This document shows, one piece after another, positions 19,724 through 28,955 of a stretch of 32,000 nt of DNA (position 1 is its first letter; every line of letters begins with the position of its first letter). The translations under genes and the position numbers were made by a program. Under the pieces are notes generated by a model. That model was given only the letters and a program-made list of their open reading frames with translations. It was not told the DNA's origin and ran no database searches. This DNA is from Polynucleobacter necessarius (GTDB lineage Bacteria; Pseudomonadota; Gammaproteobacteria; Burkholderiales; Burkholderiaceae): NCBI RefSeq assembly GCF_900095195.1, contig NZ_LT606950.1:877207-909206 (forward strand). The letters are read 5' to 3'.

Positions 19724-22689
19724 CAGATACCCTTTCTACAAATACCGCGTGCCTCACAGTATTGGCAAACACCTTCGGGCGCAAAAGCGTGCATGGGCTT
19801 TTTAGCCCAAAGTTGCTCAATGTCCTCGGTAATTTGGGCGTTGAACTCCTTTAATAAGACTGACATGTCACCCACTTCTTGAGAGCGGATGGCTTTTTGG
19901 TCACCCTTGGATAGATCGGCTTTTAAAGCAACCCACTCGGCCTGCTGCACTTGGTGACCAGCCAATTTGTGATTTTCTTGATCCCCATTGGCGGCGCGAG
20001 CATAGATTAATAGCTGTGGATCATCCAACAAGTGCTCAGCTCGCACCTTCACGCGCTCATAGCGTTGGTTTTTGTAATCCAGCACCGATGCTATTTTGGC
20101 GTTTTCTGTTTGAACATCATAGCGATCCGCAAATCCTTCAATGCGAATAGTTCTCCGTTCGCCTTGGTCATCCTCAAATGGCAAACCAAATCCAACCTTT
20201 ACTTCGCCATCAAAATATTCCCAACCAGCCTGCTCGCGTTGCAACTGCCAATCAATAAAACTCGGAATTTGTTTTTGCCAATCCCTTAAAGTTCCCATGA
20301 CTCTGGCATCACCCTCAATTAACTGAGCAAACTCTTGCTCCGAATACAAGGAGAGATGTTTTTCCATCCAAGCGCGTCGTTGCTCCCGATCGGTTTTGAT
20401 TGCCGAGTTGGTATGTTCATGGGTTTTCAGTGCCTGACAAAAACGCTTAAGCAATTTATGTAAGGTCTGCCCCGCCAAGGAAGCATCAAACCCTTCATCA
20501 AACCCCTTATTTTTACGAAGGCCTAATAGGCTGCGTACGTAATAGCGATACGGGCAATCCCGCAGGGCTTTGTAAGCACTCGGGCTCATGGACAGCGGCA
20601 TTGGCAATGCTTCCTCAACATGCGCTACTGCCATGTCCATGGGTTTGGCATCAAACAGGCGTTTATCTAATTGTGTTGGCAACGCCTCCCAAGCGATTTG
20701 GTTTTGTAAGCGCTGTATCCAGGCGGATGGACGCAATGGCTCTCCGTTATTGCTTTTACTTTGCCAGAGTAGATCAACATGCGCGCAAGAGACTAATAAT
20801 TGCGAAAGGTCTCTAGCTTGCTGTATGAACTGCAGGGCAATCGTTGAGGTCTTCAGGGGTTGATTGAGTGCATCGGAGAAAAATAACGGTGGCTCTGCAT
20901 ACGCTGGCAATTGCTGTTCATCGCAACCCACAATGACTACAGCATCAAAATCCCGCATCCTTGTAGAGCTCAGAGGCAAGATGCTAAGTGTTGCTTGTGC
21001 TTCTTTGCTAGCCTCTTTGTAACTCGCCTCCTCGATGACGATTTTGAGTAAGCTCAACCACTCACTTAACCGAATCGACGTCTCTTGGTACTGTGTTTTG
21101 CCTAAATCAAATGTCTTGAGTACCTCTAACAATTGCTTGCCAGCGGAGTCTTGCTCCAGACCCTGCTCCAAGCCAGTTGCCTGAAGATTGCTCTGTAATA
21201 AGAAATACGCCTTTTTACAATCCACTTTTAGAGTCAGCCACTCATGATGACGCTCCTTCACAAACTGCAATAACTCCAATAGAGCTGTGCTGGGCATCCT
21301 GCTCATTGTTTTTGCAGCGTTCTCCTGCGCGCCTTCAACGGCTAAATAGAATGTTTTCCAGCCAGACTCGGCTTTACTCGCCACCAAAATATCTTCAAGC
21401 TCTGCAATGAGGCCAATACATCCCGCTGCATCACGTTGCAGAATTTTTTCAAGATCGATAAACGGATTTTGCAAGAACTCCAACAAAACTTCTGCGCTGG
21501 GCCCATCTTTAGGTGATCGAATGAGTTCCAACCAGCTATTAAGTGCAGCAGCCACTCGTGTTGTCGAAAGTTTCCAGCCAGTCTCATCCCGAATATTTAA
21601 GGCTGGGCCGAGACGCGCCAGTAGTGCGCGCGCCCTTCTCGCGACCAAACGGTCTTGCGCTACCAGCGCGACTTTGGTCTTACCATCGATCAAATGCTGC
21701 TCTACTCTTTTGGCCGTTGCCCAGGCCAACTCTTCAAAGCGTTTTGCAGAAATTAATTTCCACCGACTGCTGTGTGTGCGTTTGGCATTTGCCGCAGCAG
21801 CACCTTGCGCCTCCGCGGAACCAATAGCTTCTGGCCACAGCCCTGCCTCACGCCAATCCATTTTGACTTCGATCGCTGGCGCATATTGTGCATACTCACC
21901 CAGAAATTGATGAATGATTTCTTGATCAATAGATGTGGGATCAGCAGTCTCCACCCAAATCAGCGGTCTTGCAGGAACGTGGTGGTTAGCTAGGGCATCA
22001 AGATGGGCTGCCATCGCAAACTGATTTCGAAATGCAGGATCGCTCACACTGGCGGTATAGCGCCAAAAAGTCAGAAGCACTTTGGTCTCTTGGTCTACGA
22101 CTTTGCGCGCCATACCGGAATAGACCCGCGTGATAGTGGTGTCGAGTAACTGTTGAGCCTGTGCTTGCGATGCCTCAGTAAACGCTGCCCACTGAGAGGA
22201 ATCCTGATTCATGAATGCTCGCAATAGCACTTGTAGCTGTGGACTAATAGTTTTGGATAAGGTGTCACACGCTTTCACAATCGCTTGCGCCAAACCCCAT
22301 GCACCACTTTCGGTCTCGGATTTAAACCACGCCTGCAAGTCCGGATGATTGCGTAAGGCGGAGTACACACTCAACCACCGCTCCAAATCAGGTTGTTTCT
22401 TGGGAAACTTCCATGCACCGGGCGCTGCTTCCAACCAATCTGCAAAGCTCATGACTTTGGGTAAGAGCGCGATGTTATTTGGTAGGTTGTCTGGTCGGTA
22501 TTTTTCTAGCGCTGCCCGCACACCAATCAGCGGGCCAGCAGTACTGAGCACCACCAAGGGGCGTTGTCCAGTTTGCACTACACAATCCCAAATGCCCCCT
22601 GCCAACTGTTCCAAAGCGCTGGCATCGGGCGTGATTGCCCAAGACAACACTTGCTTTTGATCGGAAATGGCGGGAAATGGCTGCGGCAT
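19720..22689 (-). CDS. addB: AddB-type PD-(D/E)XK nuclease subunit with Fe-S cluster cysteines
   Basis: An intact 989-aa ORF with no Walker A motif. The C-terminal nuclease has VLDYKNQ, and the cysteine pattern C(RDCPYRYY)...CQYCEARGIC is C-Xn-C-X2-C-X5-C, as in AddB iron-staple nucleases. The addB-addA gene order is typical of the proteobacterial type. Confidence 0.8.
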   Translation of the reverse strand: MPQPFPAISDQKQVLSWAITPDASALEQLAGGIWDCVVQTGQRPLVVLSTAGPLIGVRAALEKYRPDNLPNNIALLPKVMSFADWLEAAPGAWKFPKKQPDLERWLSVYSALRNHPDLQAWFKSETESGAWGLAQAIVKACDTLSKTISPQLQVLLRAFMNQDSSQWAAFTEASQAQAQQLLDTTITRVYSGMARKVVDQETKVLLTFWRYTASVSDPAFRNQFAMAAHLDALANHHVPARPLIWVETADPTSIDQEIIHQFLGEYAQYAPAIEVKMDWREAGLWPEAIGSAEAQGAAAANAKRTHSSRWKLISAKRFEELAWATAKRVEQHLIDGKTKVALVAQDRLVARRARALLARLGPALNIRDETGWKLSTTRVAAALNSWLELIRSPKDGPSAEVLLEFLQNPFIDLEKILQRDAAGCIGLIAELEDILVASKAESGWKTFYLAVEGAQENAAKTMSRMPSTALLELLQFVKERHHEWLTLKVDCKKAYFLLQSNLQATGLEQGLEQDSAGKQLLEVLKTFDLGKTQYQETSIRLSEWLSLLKIVIEEASYKEASKEAQATLSILPLSSTRMRDFDAVVIVGCDEQQLPAYAEPPLFFSDALNQPLKTSTIALQFIQQARDLSQLLVSCAHVDLLWQSKSNNGEPLRPSAWIQRLQNQIAWEALPTQLDKRLFDAKPMDMAVAHVEEALPMPLSMSPSAYKALRDCPYRYYVRSLLGLRKNKGFDEGFDASLAGQTLHKLLKRFCQALKTHEHTNSAIKTDREQRRAWMEKHLSLYSEQEFAQLIEGDARVMGTLRDWQKQIPSFIDWQLQREQAGWEYFDGEVKVGFGLPFEDDQGERRTIRIEGFADRYDVQTENAKIASVLDYKNQRYERVKVRAEHLLDDPQLLIYARAANGDQENHKLAGHQVQQAEWVALKADLSKGDQKAIRSQEVGDMSVLLKEFNAQITEDIEQLWAKKPMHAFAPEGVCQYCEARGICRKGIW

Positions 22690-22820
22690 GAGGCGATTGG
22701 AATGGTTTAGGCTGGATGGCGAATATTCATTTTTGAGCAGGATCTTGCGCTTATTGCTAATATAAGCGCTGTAACGCTATAACAACATAAGTCACTAATA
22801 ATCCCAAATAAGGAATTTTC

Positions 22821-23147
22821 ATGAATGCCGGCATTAAATATGTAACTGACGCCTCTTTCGAACAAGACGTCCTCAAATCCGATAAACCTGTCCTGCTCGA
22901 TTTTTGGGCGGAATGGTGTGGTCCTTGCAAAATGATTGGCCCCATCCTAGAAGAGCTTTCTGGTGAGTACAGCAACAAATTGCAAATCGCCAAAATGAAT
23001 GTGGATGAGAACCAAGGCGTGCCAACCCAGTTCAATATTCGTGGCATTCCAACCCTGATCCTATTCAAAAACGGCACCGTAGCTGCTCAAAAAGTAGGCG
23101 CTTTGGCTAAATCGCAGTTGACCGCATTTATCGATAGTCATCTGTAA
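22821..23147 (+). CDS. trxA: Thioredoxin
   Basis: A 108-aa ORF with the active site [14 protein letters not shown] lies upstream of the ATG. Confidence 0.97.
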   Translation: MNAGIKYVTDASFEQDVLKSDKPVLLDFWAEWCGPCKMIGPILEELSGEYSNKLQIAKMNVDENQGVPTQFNIRGIPTLILFKNGTVAAQKVGALAKSQLTAFIDSHL

Positions 23148-23162
23148 ATCATCCTAGATCAC

Positions 23163-23190
23163 AGGCTCTCCTATTGAGCCTATGGTTTTT
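23163..23190 (+). terminator. Weak candidate terminator after trxA
   Basis: AGGCTC-tcctatt-GAGCCT followed by atggttttt. The stem is only 6 bp. Confidence 0.35.
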
Positions 23191-23428
23191 CCCTCGAGTT
23201 TTAGCACTATCCGCATTGATCCCAACCGTTTTTAGTGTAGCATTTCGATTAACAGCAGTTCAGCGTTTCACGGTATTTATCTAGAACGCGCCTTTCCAGC
23301 AATTTATTCCCCCTTCTTTTAGCAGATTGCAAAATTCCTGTTTTTCCATATCTGCGTGATCTTCATCAGCGCGGCGATAACCCAAAACTCAACTTCATTC
23401 TTTATTTTTATCAACACCCGAGAACCAC

Positions 23429-23529
23429 ATGCAATTAACTGAACTCAAAGGCCTACACGTATCCGCCCTGCTTGAAATGGCAGCTGGCTTGGAGATGAAA
23501 ACACTCAACGGATGCGCAAATAAGAACTC
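23429..23529 (+). other. rho: Disrupted 5' end of rho (1-nt deletion plus an in-frame TAA)
   Basis: ATG 23429 reads MQLTELKGLHVSALLEMAAGLE, the Rho N-terminal helix. After GAG 23492-23494 the homologous text (ENTQRMRK) continues in another frame. That frame hits TAA at 23521-23523, where Rho proteins have Gln (RMRKQ), just before ELMFAILKK. Confidence 0.85.
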
Positions 23530-24690
23530 ATGTTTGCGATTCTGAAAAAACGCGCCAAGGCTGGTGAAACCGTTTATGGCGATGGCACATTGGAAGTATT
23601 GCCAGATGGCTTTGGTTTCTTGCGCTCTCCTGAAACCTCCTACATGGCATCCCCCGATGACATTTACATCTCCCCTGCACAGATTCGCCGTTTCAATTTA
23701 CATACTGGCGATAGCGTTGAAGGTGAAGTACGTACCCCGAAGGATGGTGAGCGTTACTTTGCGTTAGTCAAAGTCGACAAGATCAACGGTTTGGCTCCGG
23801 AGGCCCTCAAGAACCGCATCATGTTCGAAAACTTAACGCCTTTGCACCCTAACCGCGTCATTGGTTTGGAGCGCGACATTAAGGCGGAAGAAAACTTAAC
23901 GGGTCGCATTATCGACATGATCTCTCCCATTGGTTACGGCCAACGCGGTTTGATTGTGGCCCCACCCAAGTCTGGTAAGACCGTGATGATGCAGCACATT
24001 GCTCACGCGATTTCGGCGAACAATCCCGATGCGATTTTGATTGTTTTGCTCATTGATGAGCGCCCAGAAGAAGTTACTGAAATGCAGCGCTCGGTGCGCG
24101 GTGAAGTTGTTGCCTCAACCTTCGATGAGCCTGCAGTACGTCACGTGCAAGTTGCTGAGATGGTGATTGAAAAAGCTAAGCGCTTAGTAGAGATGGGCAA
24201 AGACGTCATCATCTTGCTCGACTCGATTACTCGTCTGGCGCGCGCATACAACACAGTAGTACCTTCTTCCGGAAAGGTACTTTCAGGTGGTGTGGATGCC
24301 AATGCGCTGCAACGTCCAAAACGTTTCTTTGGCGCAGCCCGTAACATAGAAGAAGGTGGCTCCTTAACAATCATCGCTACTGCCCTGATTGAAACGGGTA
24401 GCCGTATGGATGACCTCATCTATGAGGAATTCAAAGGTACCGGCAATATGGAAGTCCATTTGGAGCGTCGTCTGGCTGAACATCGCGTCTATCCTTCAAT
24501 TAACCTCAACAAATCTGGTACCCGCCGTGAGGAATTACTGGTTAAACCAGAAAACCTCCAGAAGATCTGGGTATTGCGGAAATTGCTCGCCGATATGGAC
24601 GATATCGAGGCGATGAACTTCATCGTGGATAAGCTCAAATCGACCAAAAACAATGGTGAATTCTTCGACCTGATGCGTCGCGGAGGCTAA
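23530..24690 (+). CDS. rho: Transcription termination factor Rho, uninterrupted ORF lacking the first ~33 codons
   Basis: 386 uninterrupted codons. They carry the CSD-like RNA-binding region (GFGFLRSP...[16 protein letters not shown]), Walker [22 protein letters not shown], and strong colinearity with E. coli Rho through the C-terminus. Confidence 0.9.
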   Translation: MFAILKKRAKAGETVYGDGTLEVLPDGFGFLRSPETSYMASPDDIYISPAQIRRFNLHTGDSVEGEVRTPKDGERYFALVKVDKINGLAPEALKNRIMFENLTPLHPNRVIGLERDIKAEENLTGRIIDMISPIGYGQRGLIVAPPKSGKTVMMQHIAHAISANNPDAILIVLLIDERPEEVTEMQRSVRGEVVASTFDEPAVRHVQVAEMVIEKAKRLVEMGKDVIILLDSITRLARAYNTVVPSSGKVLSGGVDANALQRPKRFFGAARNIEEGGSLTIIATALIETGSRMDDLIYEEFKGTGNMEVHLERRLAEHRVYPSINLNKSGTRREELLVKPENLQKIWVLRKLLADMDDIEAMNFIVDKLKSTKNNGEFFDLMRRGG

Positions 24691-24856
24691 TTTGGGGGTC
24701 TAGGGGCCTATTTAGCCCATTTTAGGCTTCAAAAGTGCGCTTTGTTATTGATTTCATGGCATAATTTCGCCTTTATTGCTGTAACAAGCGCTTTTAAAAC
24801 CTGGGAAAGTATTTAGGTGAGTTCACTTAAACGGCTACCCGCTGATAGGACCCAAC

Positions 24857-25204
24857 ATGAAACCTGGCATTCACCCTGAATATCGTGAAATCGTCTTTTT
24901 GGACGTTTCTAATAATTTCAGTTTCAAGACTCGCTCCACTATGGCCACGAAAGAGACCATCAAGTGGGAAGACGGCAATGAATATCCATTAGCCAAGATC
25001 GAGACTTCTTCTGAATCACACCCTTTCTACACTGGTACCCAAAAAATCATGGATACCGCTGGTCGTGTTGAGAAATTCCGTCAGAAATTCGGTAGCAAAG
25101 CGGTTGCGAAAGCTTCTGGCGATGGCGCTGCAAGAACTGCTGAGAAAAAAGCGGCGGCTGCAGAAGCCAAAGCTGCTGAAAAAGCAACCAAGAAGAAGGC
25201 TTAA
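24857..25204 (+). CDS. rpmE2: 50S ribosomal protein L31 type B with a Lys/Ala-rich C-terminal extension
   Basis: [14 protein letters not shown]...[29 protein letters not shown], with no CxxC zinc motif, hence type B. A tail of about 30 residues follows: [35 protein letters not shown]. Confidence 0.92.
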   Translation: MKPGIHPEYREIVFLDVSNNFSFKTRSTMATKETIKWEDGNEYPLAKIETSSESHPFYTGTQKIMDTAGRVEKFRQKFGSKAVAKASGDGAARTAEKKAAAAEAKAAEKATKKKA

Positions 25205-25254
25205 TACACTTCTGAATCGCAGGGTGCGGTAACGCCCTTCTCTGCGAGATAATC

Positions 25255-25285
25255 AAGGCAGCGTTTGCTGCCTTTTTTATTTTTG
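25255..25285 (+). terminator. Rho-independent terminator of rpmE2
   Basis: AAGGCAGC-gttt-GCTGCCTT (25255-25274), running into TTTTTTATTTTTG. Confidence 0.85.
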
Positions 25286-25320
25286 ATTATTTTGTTTTTT
25301 GTTTTGCCTAAACTCCATTC

Positions 25321-27039
25321 ATGGTCAAACTCACCGCTGCTGCCACTCGATCGATTCCACGCATCATCATTTTTGCGTTGACGATTGTCTATGGTTTCGC
25401 AGGTCTTTTCTTTCGGGATCCTTGGAAGAATGAAGACGCGATTGGTTTTGGCGGGATGTGGACTTTATTTCGTGGCAACTCGCTCGATTGGATCGTGCCC
25501 CACTTAGCAGGTCGCGCTCTTTCTCTCGGATCACCACTGCCCTACTGGATGGGCGCCACTCTGATTCAATTATTTAGCGGCTGGATTGGTGCAGCCAATG
25601 CTGCGCGTTTGTATTCAGCGATTTGTTTCTTTGCAGCAGCGTTAGCCATTTGGTATGCCACCTATTTATTAGGTCGTCGGCGTGAAGTGCAACCGATGGC
25701 TCTGGCAGTTGGCGGACAACCGGACATGAAGAGTTACGGCATGACACTTGCCGATGGCGCATTACTCATCTTTTTGGCATGCGTCGGTCTTGCGCAGCGC
25801 GCTCATGAAACTACACCCATGATGGCGCAACTCATGGGCATCAGTATCGTGCTCTATGGGACTGTGCGTGGCTTAGATAAGCCCTGGCAAGGTGGATTGT
25901 GGACCGGCTTAGGAATTGCCATTGTGGCACTGTCGAGCAACCTCACATTAAGCCTCATCATCGTTACCTCTACCATCATTGCTGTAATCGCGAGTAACGC
26001 GAAATTGCGTTTTCTGTGGACTCTCACGAGCACAGTCATCGGCCTAATCGGTTTTGCTGTTTGGCCTATCCTTTGGTATGTCTTCGATTTGCCGACTTCA
26101 TGGCGACACATTGCCCAAGAGGGTTGGCACAATGTACCTGAGATGCGCTCAACCCCATCCTTGGAATCCTTAAGCTTTTTGAGCGTGAACTTCTGGGCCT
26201 ACGCATGGCCTGTGTGGCCGCTAGCCGCCATCTCCTTAGCGCACTGGGGTCGCGTGAAAGAAGCCGGTGCATGGCGCGCCCCTCATCTGTGTATTCCGCT
26301 CAGTCTATTTATTGGTAGCTTGATTTATGTTCTGTTTCGTTTGGAAGCCAACGAACATGACCTCATGATCCTGATTCCAAGTCTATCGATCATTGCCGCC
26401 TTTAGCTTACCGATTCTCAAGCGCAGCATGATTAGCTTTATTGATTGGTTTGCGATGTTTAGCTTTACGCTCATCGCATTGGCTATTTGGATTATCTGGC
26501 TGGCTAAAGTGACCGGCTTTCCAGAATCCACCGCAGCCAACATCGCTCGCTTTCTGCCAGGCTTTGAGGGTCAATTTAATTGGCTGGCATTTATCGTTGC
26601 TCTTGCAATTACGGGGGTTTGGTTAGCAGTCGTGCGTTGGAGAACATCGCGCGCCCCGAAAGAAATTTGGCGTTGCTTGATTATTTCTGCATCGGGTACA
26701 ACCTTGATGTGGGTGCTCCTCATGACCTTATGGCTGCCTACCATTAACTTCGCTAAAACGTATCGCCCTGTATCCGTTCGCTTGGCACAAGTAGTGCCCT
26801 CTGGCGGAGGCTGTATTGATACTAGCAATATCGGTCCAGCCCAGTTAGCGTCGTTTGATTACTTTACAAAACTCACTCTGCGTGATGATCCCGATTGCCC
26901 TTGGATGCTCACGCAGAATCAATTGGAAGCACAGGCCTACGCACGCCCGAACAATAAGAAAGTGCATCTCCTTTGGGAAGATCGTCGTGCCGCAGACCGC
27001 GATGAACGCTTACGTCTTTACGAAGTCATTCCGGAATAA
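25321..27039 (+). CDS. Polytopic inner-membrane protein, possibly a GT-C fold (family 39/83-like, ArnT/PMT-type) glycosyltransferase
   Basis: An intact 572-aa ORF with many predicted TM helices. The first-loop acidic motif (DPWKNEDAIGFG) is reminiscent of GT-C enzymes. The functional call is tentative and made from memory only. Confidence 0.5.
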   Translation: MVKLTAAATRSIPRIIIFALTIVYGFAGLFFRDPWKNEDAIGFGGMWTLFRGNSLDWIVPHLAGRALSLGSPLPYWMGATLIQLFSGWIGAANAARLYSAICFFAAALAIWYATYLLGRRREVQPMALAVGGQPDMKSYGMTLADGALLIFLACVGLAQRAHETTPMMAQLMGISIVLYGTVRGLDKPWQGGLWTGLGIAIVALSSNLTLSLIIVTSTIIAVIASNAKLRFLWTLTSTVIGLIGFAVWPILWYVFDLPTSWRHIAQEGWHNVPEMRSTPSLESLSFLSVNFWAYAWPVWPLAAISLAHWGRVKEAGAWRAPHLCIPLSLFIGSLIYVLFRLEANEHDLMILIPSLSIIAAFSLPILKRSMISFIDWFAMFSFTLIALAIWIIWLAKVTGFPESTAANIARFLPGFEGQFNWLAFIVALAITGVWLAVVRWRTSRAPKEIWRCLIISASGTTLMWVLLMTLWLPTINFAKTYRPVSVRLAQVVPSGGGCIDTSNIGPAQLASFDYFTKLTLRDDPDCPWMLTQNQLEAQAYARPNNKKVHLLWEDRRAADRDERLRLYEVIPE

Positions 27040-27042
27040 GGC

Positions 27043-28434
27043 GTGCTGCACTTTAAGCTATCGCGTCTTCGCGAGGATATTCCTGCTCTACTAAAACTTG
27101 CTGGCCCTCTCTTAATTGGTCAGCTCGCAGTCATCGCATTTGGTGTTTTAGATACCGCTATGACCGCACGCTATTCTGCTAATGACTTGGCTGCTCTTGC
27201 CATGGCCTCGGCCATCTTCATTAGCGTCTACGTTGGCTTAACGGGGGTTGTCTCAGCGCTTGCACCGATCGCTGGGCAACTGTTTGCCGCCAAACGCTTG
27301 AGCGATATCGGTGAAGAGGTGCGTCAAGCTACCTGGCTAGCATTGGGTCTCACCATTTTAGGTTGCTGGATACTGCTCAATGCCCAACCCCTGTTAGCAA
27401 TCTCACGGGTAGCACCCGAAATTGAAAGCAATGCCCGATTGTATTTAAGTATCTTGGCGTTAGGCCTGCCTGCCAGTATGGGCATGCGCGTATTGATGAC
27501 GCTTCACAATGCCGTGTCGCGTCCTGCAGTGATCACGGTAGTGCAGTTGATTGGTTTAGCACTCAAGCTACCGTTAAATTTGCTCTTCATTTACGGCGGT
27601 CTTGGTATTGAGGGTATGGGTGGGCCTGGTTGCGCAGTGGCTACCGTCATCATCAACTGGTCATGGCTATTGATGACGCTGGGCTTTGTTGTATTTGATC
27701 GCTTTTATCGCCCCTTCAAAATCTTTGAACGCTTTAGCCTACCCAATTGGCATCGCATCTGGACTCTTTTGAAACTGGGAACACCCATTGGCTTTAGTTA
27801 TTTGATTGAAGTGACTTCATTCACACTCATGTCATTGTTTATTGCCCGCTTAGGGACTACCGCCTTGGCTGGCCATCAAATTGTGGCAAACATAGGGACC
27901 GCCATTTACATGGTGCCCCTCTCACTCTCGATTGCAACCATGACATTGGTATCGCAATCGATTGGCGCCAATCAACAAGAGCGCGCCGAAGAAATTGGCT
28001 GGTCGTCCGTGTTCTTTACAACCGCGCTGTGCATCACGATTGGCGTTGCGGTTTGGGTATTTCGCATTCAATTGCTGAATTTATATGATTTACCACAAGA
28101 GGTCAAAGCGTTTTCCATTCCACTATTTCTATTTATCGCGTTTTATCAAGTCTTTGATGCCCTGCAAGTGACTGCTGCATTTATTCTGCGAGCCTATCGC
28201 ATCGCATTTTGGCCAATGGTCATTTATGCAGGTTCACTTTGGGGCGTTGGCCTAGGTGGCGGTTACCTAATGGGCTTTAATGTGCTTGGTAATACGCCCC
28301 CCTTCTTGCAAGGGGCCAACGGTTTTTGGGCTGGCAACAGCATCAGCCTCGGACTCGCAGCGTGTTTACTGCTATACCTCTTTCGAAAAACGGCGGGGCG
28401 TTACGAGAAAACGCATCCACCTGTTGAAGTTTAG
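27043..28434 (+). CDS. MATE-family multidrug/toxin efflux transporter
   Basis: An intact 463-aa ORF (GTG start) with about 12 TM segments and typical MATE text (LLKLAGPLLIGQLAVIAFGVLDTAMTARYSANDLAALAMA). Confidence 0.85.
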   Translation: MLHFKLSRLREDIPALLKLAGPLLIGQLAVIAFGVLDTAMTARYSANDLAALAMASAIFISVYVGLTGVVSALAPIAGQLFAAKRLSDIGEEVRQATWLALGLTILGCWILLNAQPLLAISRVAPEIESNARLYLSILALGLPASMGMRVLMTLHNAVSRPAVITVVQLIGLALKLPLNLLFIYGGLGIEGMGGPGCAVATVIINWSWLLMTLGFVVFDRFYRPFKIFERFSLPNWHRIWTLLKLGTPIGFSYLIEVTSFTLMSLFIARLGTTALAGHQIVANIGTAIYMVPLSLSIATMTLVSQSIGANQQERAEEIGWSSVFFTTALCITIGVAVWVFRIQLLNLYDLPQEVKAFSIPLFLFIAFYQVFDALQVTAAFILRAYRIAFWPMVIYAGSLWGVGLGGGYLMGFNVLGNTPPFLQGANGFWAGNSISLGLAACLLLYLFRKTAGRYEKTHPPVEV

Positions 28435-28448
28435 GAATTCAGATGTGG

Positions 28449-28919
28449 TTAGCGGTAGCTGGGGTTCGCTACTGGCACTGCATGGCTAGGCACTTGATTG
28501 CCTTTGGCATACATACACTGTTGATACGCGATGTTGTATTGCGTTTGCGCTTGATTTTGCTTACCAGCAGAATTCATTGCGCCCATGGCAGCACCGCCAA
28601 GCAATCCTACGCCAGTACCAGTACCGATATTTTGACTACTACCGCCCCGAATGACAGCACCTGCTGCCGCACCGAGTGCAGCTCCAATAGCAGCGCTCGT
28701 GGCGCCCTCTTTTAACGCCGCACTGCTCGTATCTTTTACGGCATTGGCTGCAAACTCGCGACACTGCTGATCTTCTTGCTGAAAGACTTCAAATGACTTG
28801 CCTTCGCGCGGCATGATAGCGATTGTGGGTCCTGTCGGTGCAGATACACATCCCACCAAACTAGCTAAAGATGCCAACACTGAAACCGAAAGAATGGCAC
28901 GGCGCGTAAATCGTTTCAT
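28449..28919 (-). CDS. Glycine-zipper lipoprotein
   Basis: A 156-aa ORF with the lipobox LASLVGC and a Gly/Ala zipper (AAIGAALGAAAGAVIRGG...GVGLLGGAAMGAM). Confidence 0.6.
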   Translation of the reverse strand: MKRFTRRAILSVSVLASLASLVGCVSAPTGPTIAIMPREGKSFEVFQQEDQQCREFAANAVKDTSSAALKEGATSAAIGAALGAAAGAVIRGGSSQNIGTGTGVGLLGGAAMGAMNSAGKQNQAQTQYNIAYQQCMYAKGNQVPSHAVPVANPSYR

Positions 28920-28955
28920 AAATACCCTTTGATTACTGAAATTACTGAACAGAGA

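Noticed and set aside
21407-21910. 167-aa plus-strand ORF, and several others at 20032-22660
   Set aside because: All lie antisense to the intact addB ORF. They have the Ala/Ser/Arg/Cys-rich composition typical of antisense frames.
24700-24856. Possible Zur box upstream of the zinc-independent L31 paralogue (TGTTATTGATTTCATGGCATAA)
   Set aside because: Only the outer TTAT/ATAA ends are symmetric, and the core does not match the palindromic Zur consensus I know. The evidence is too weak to call.
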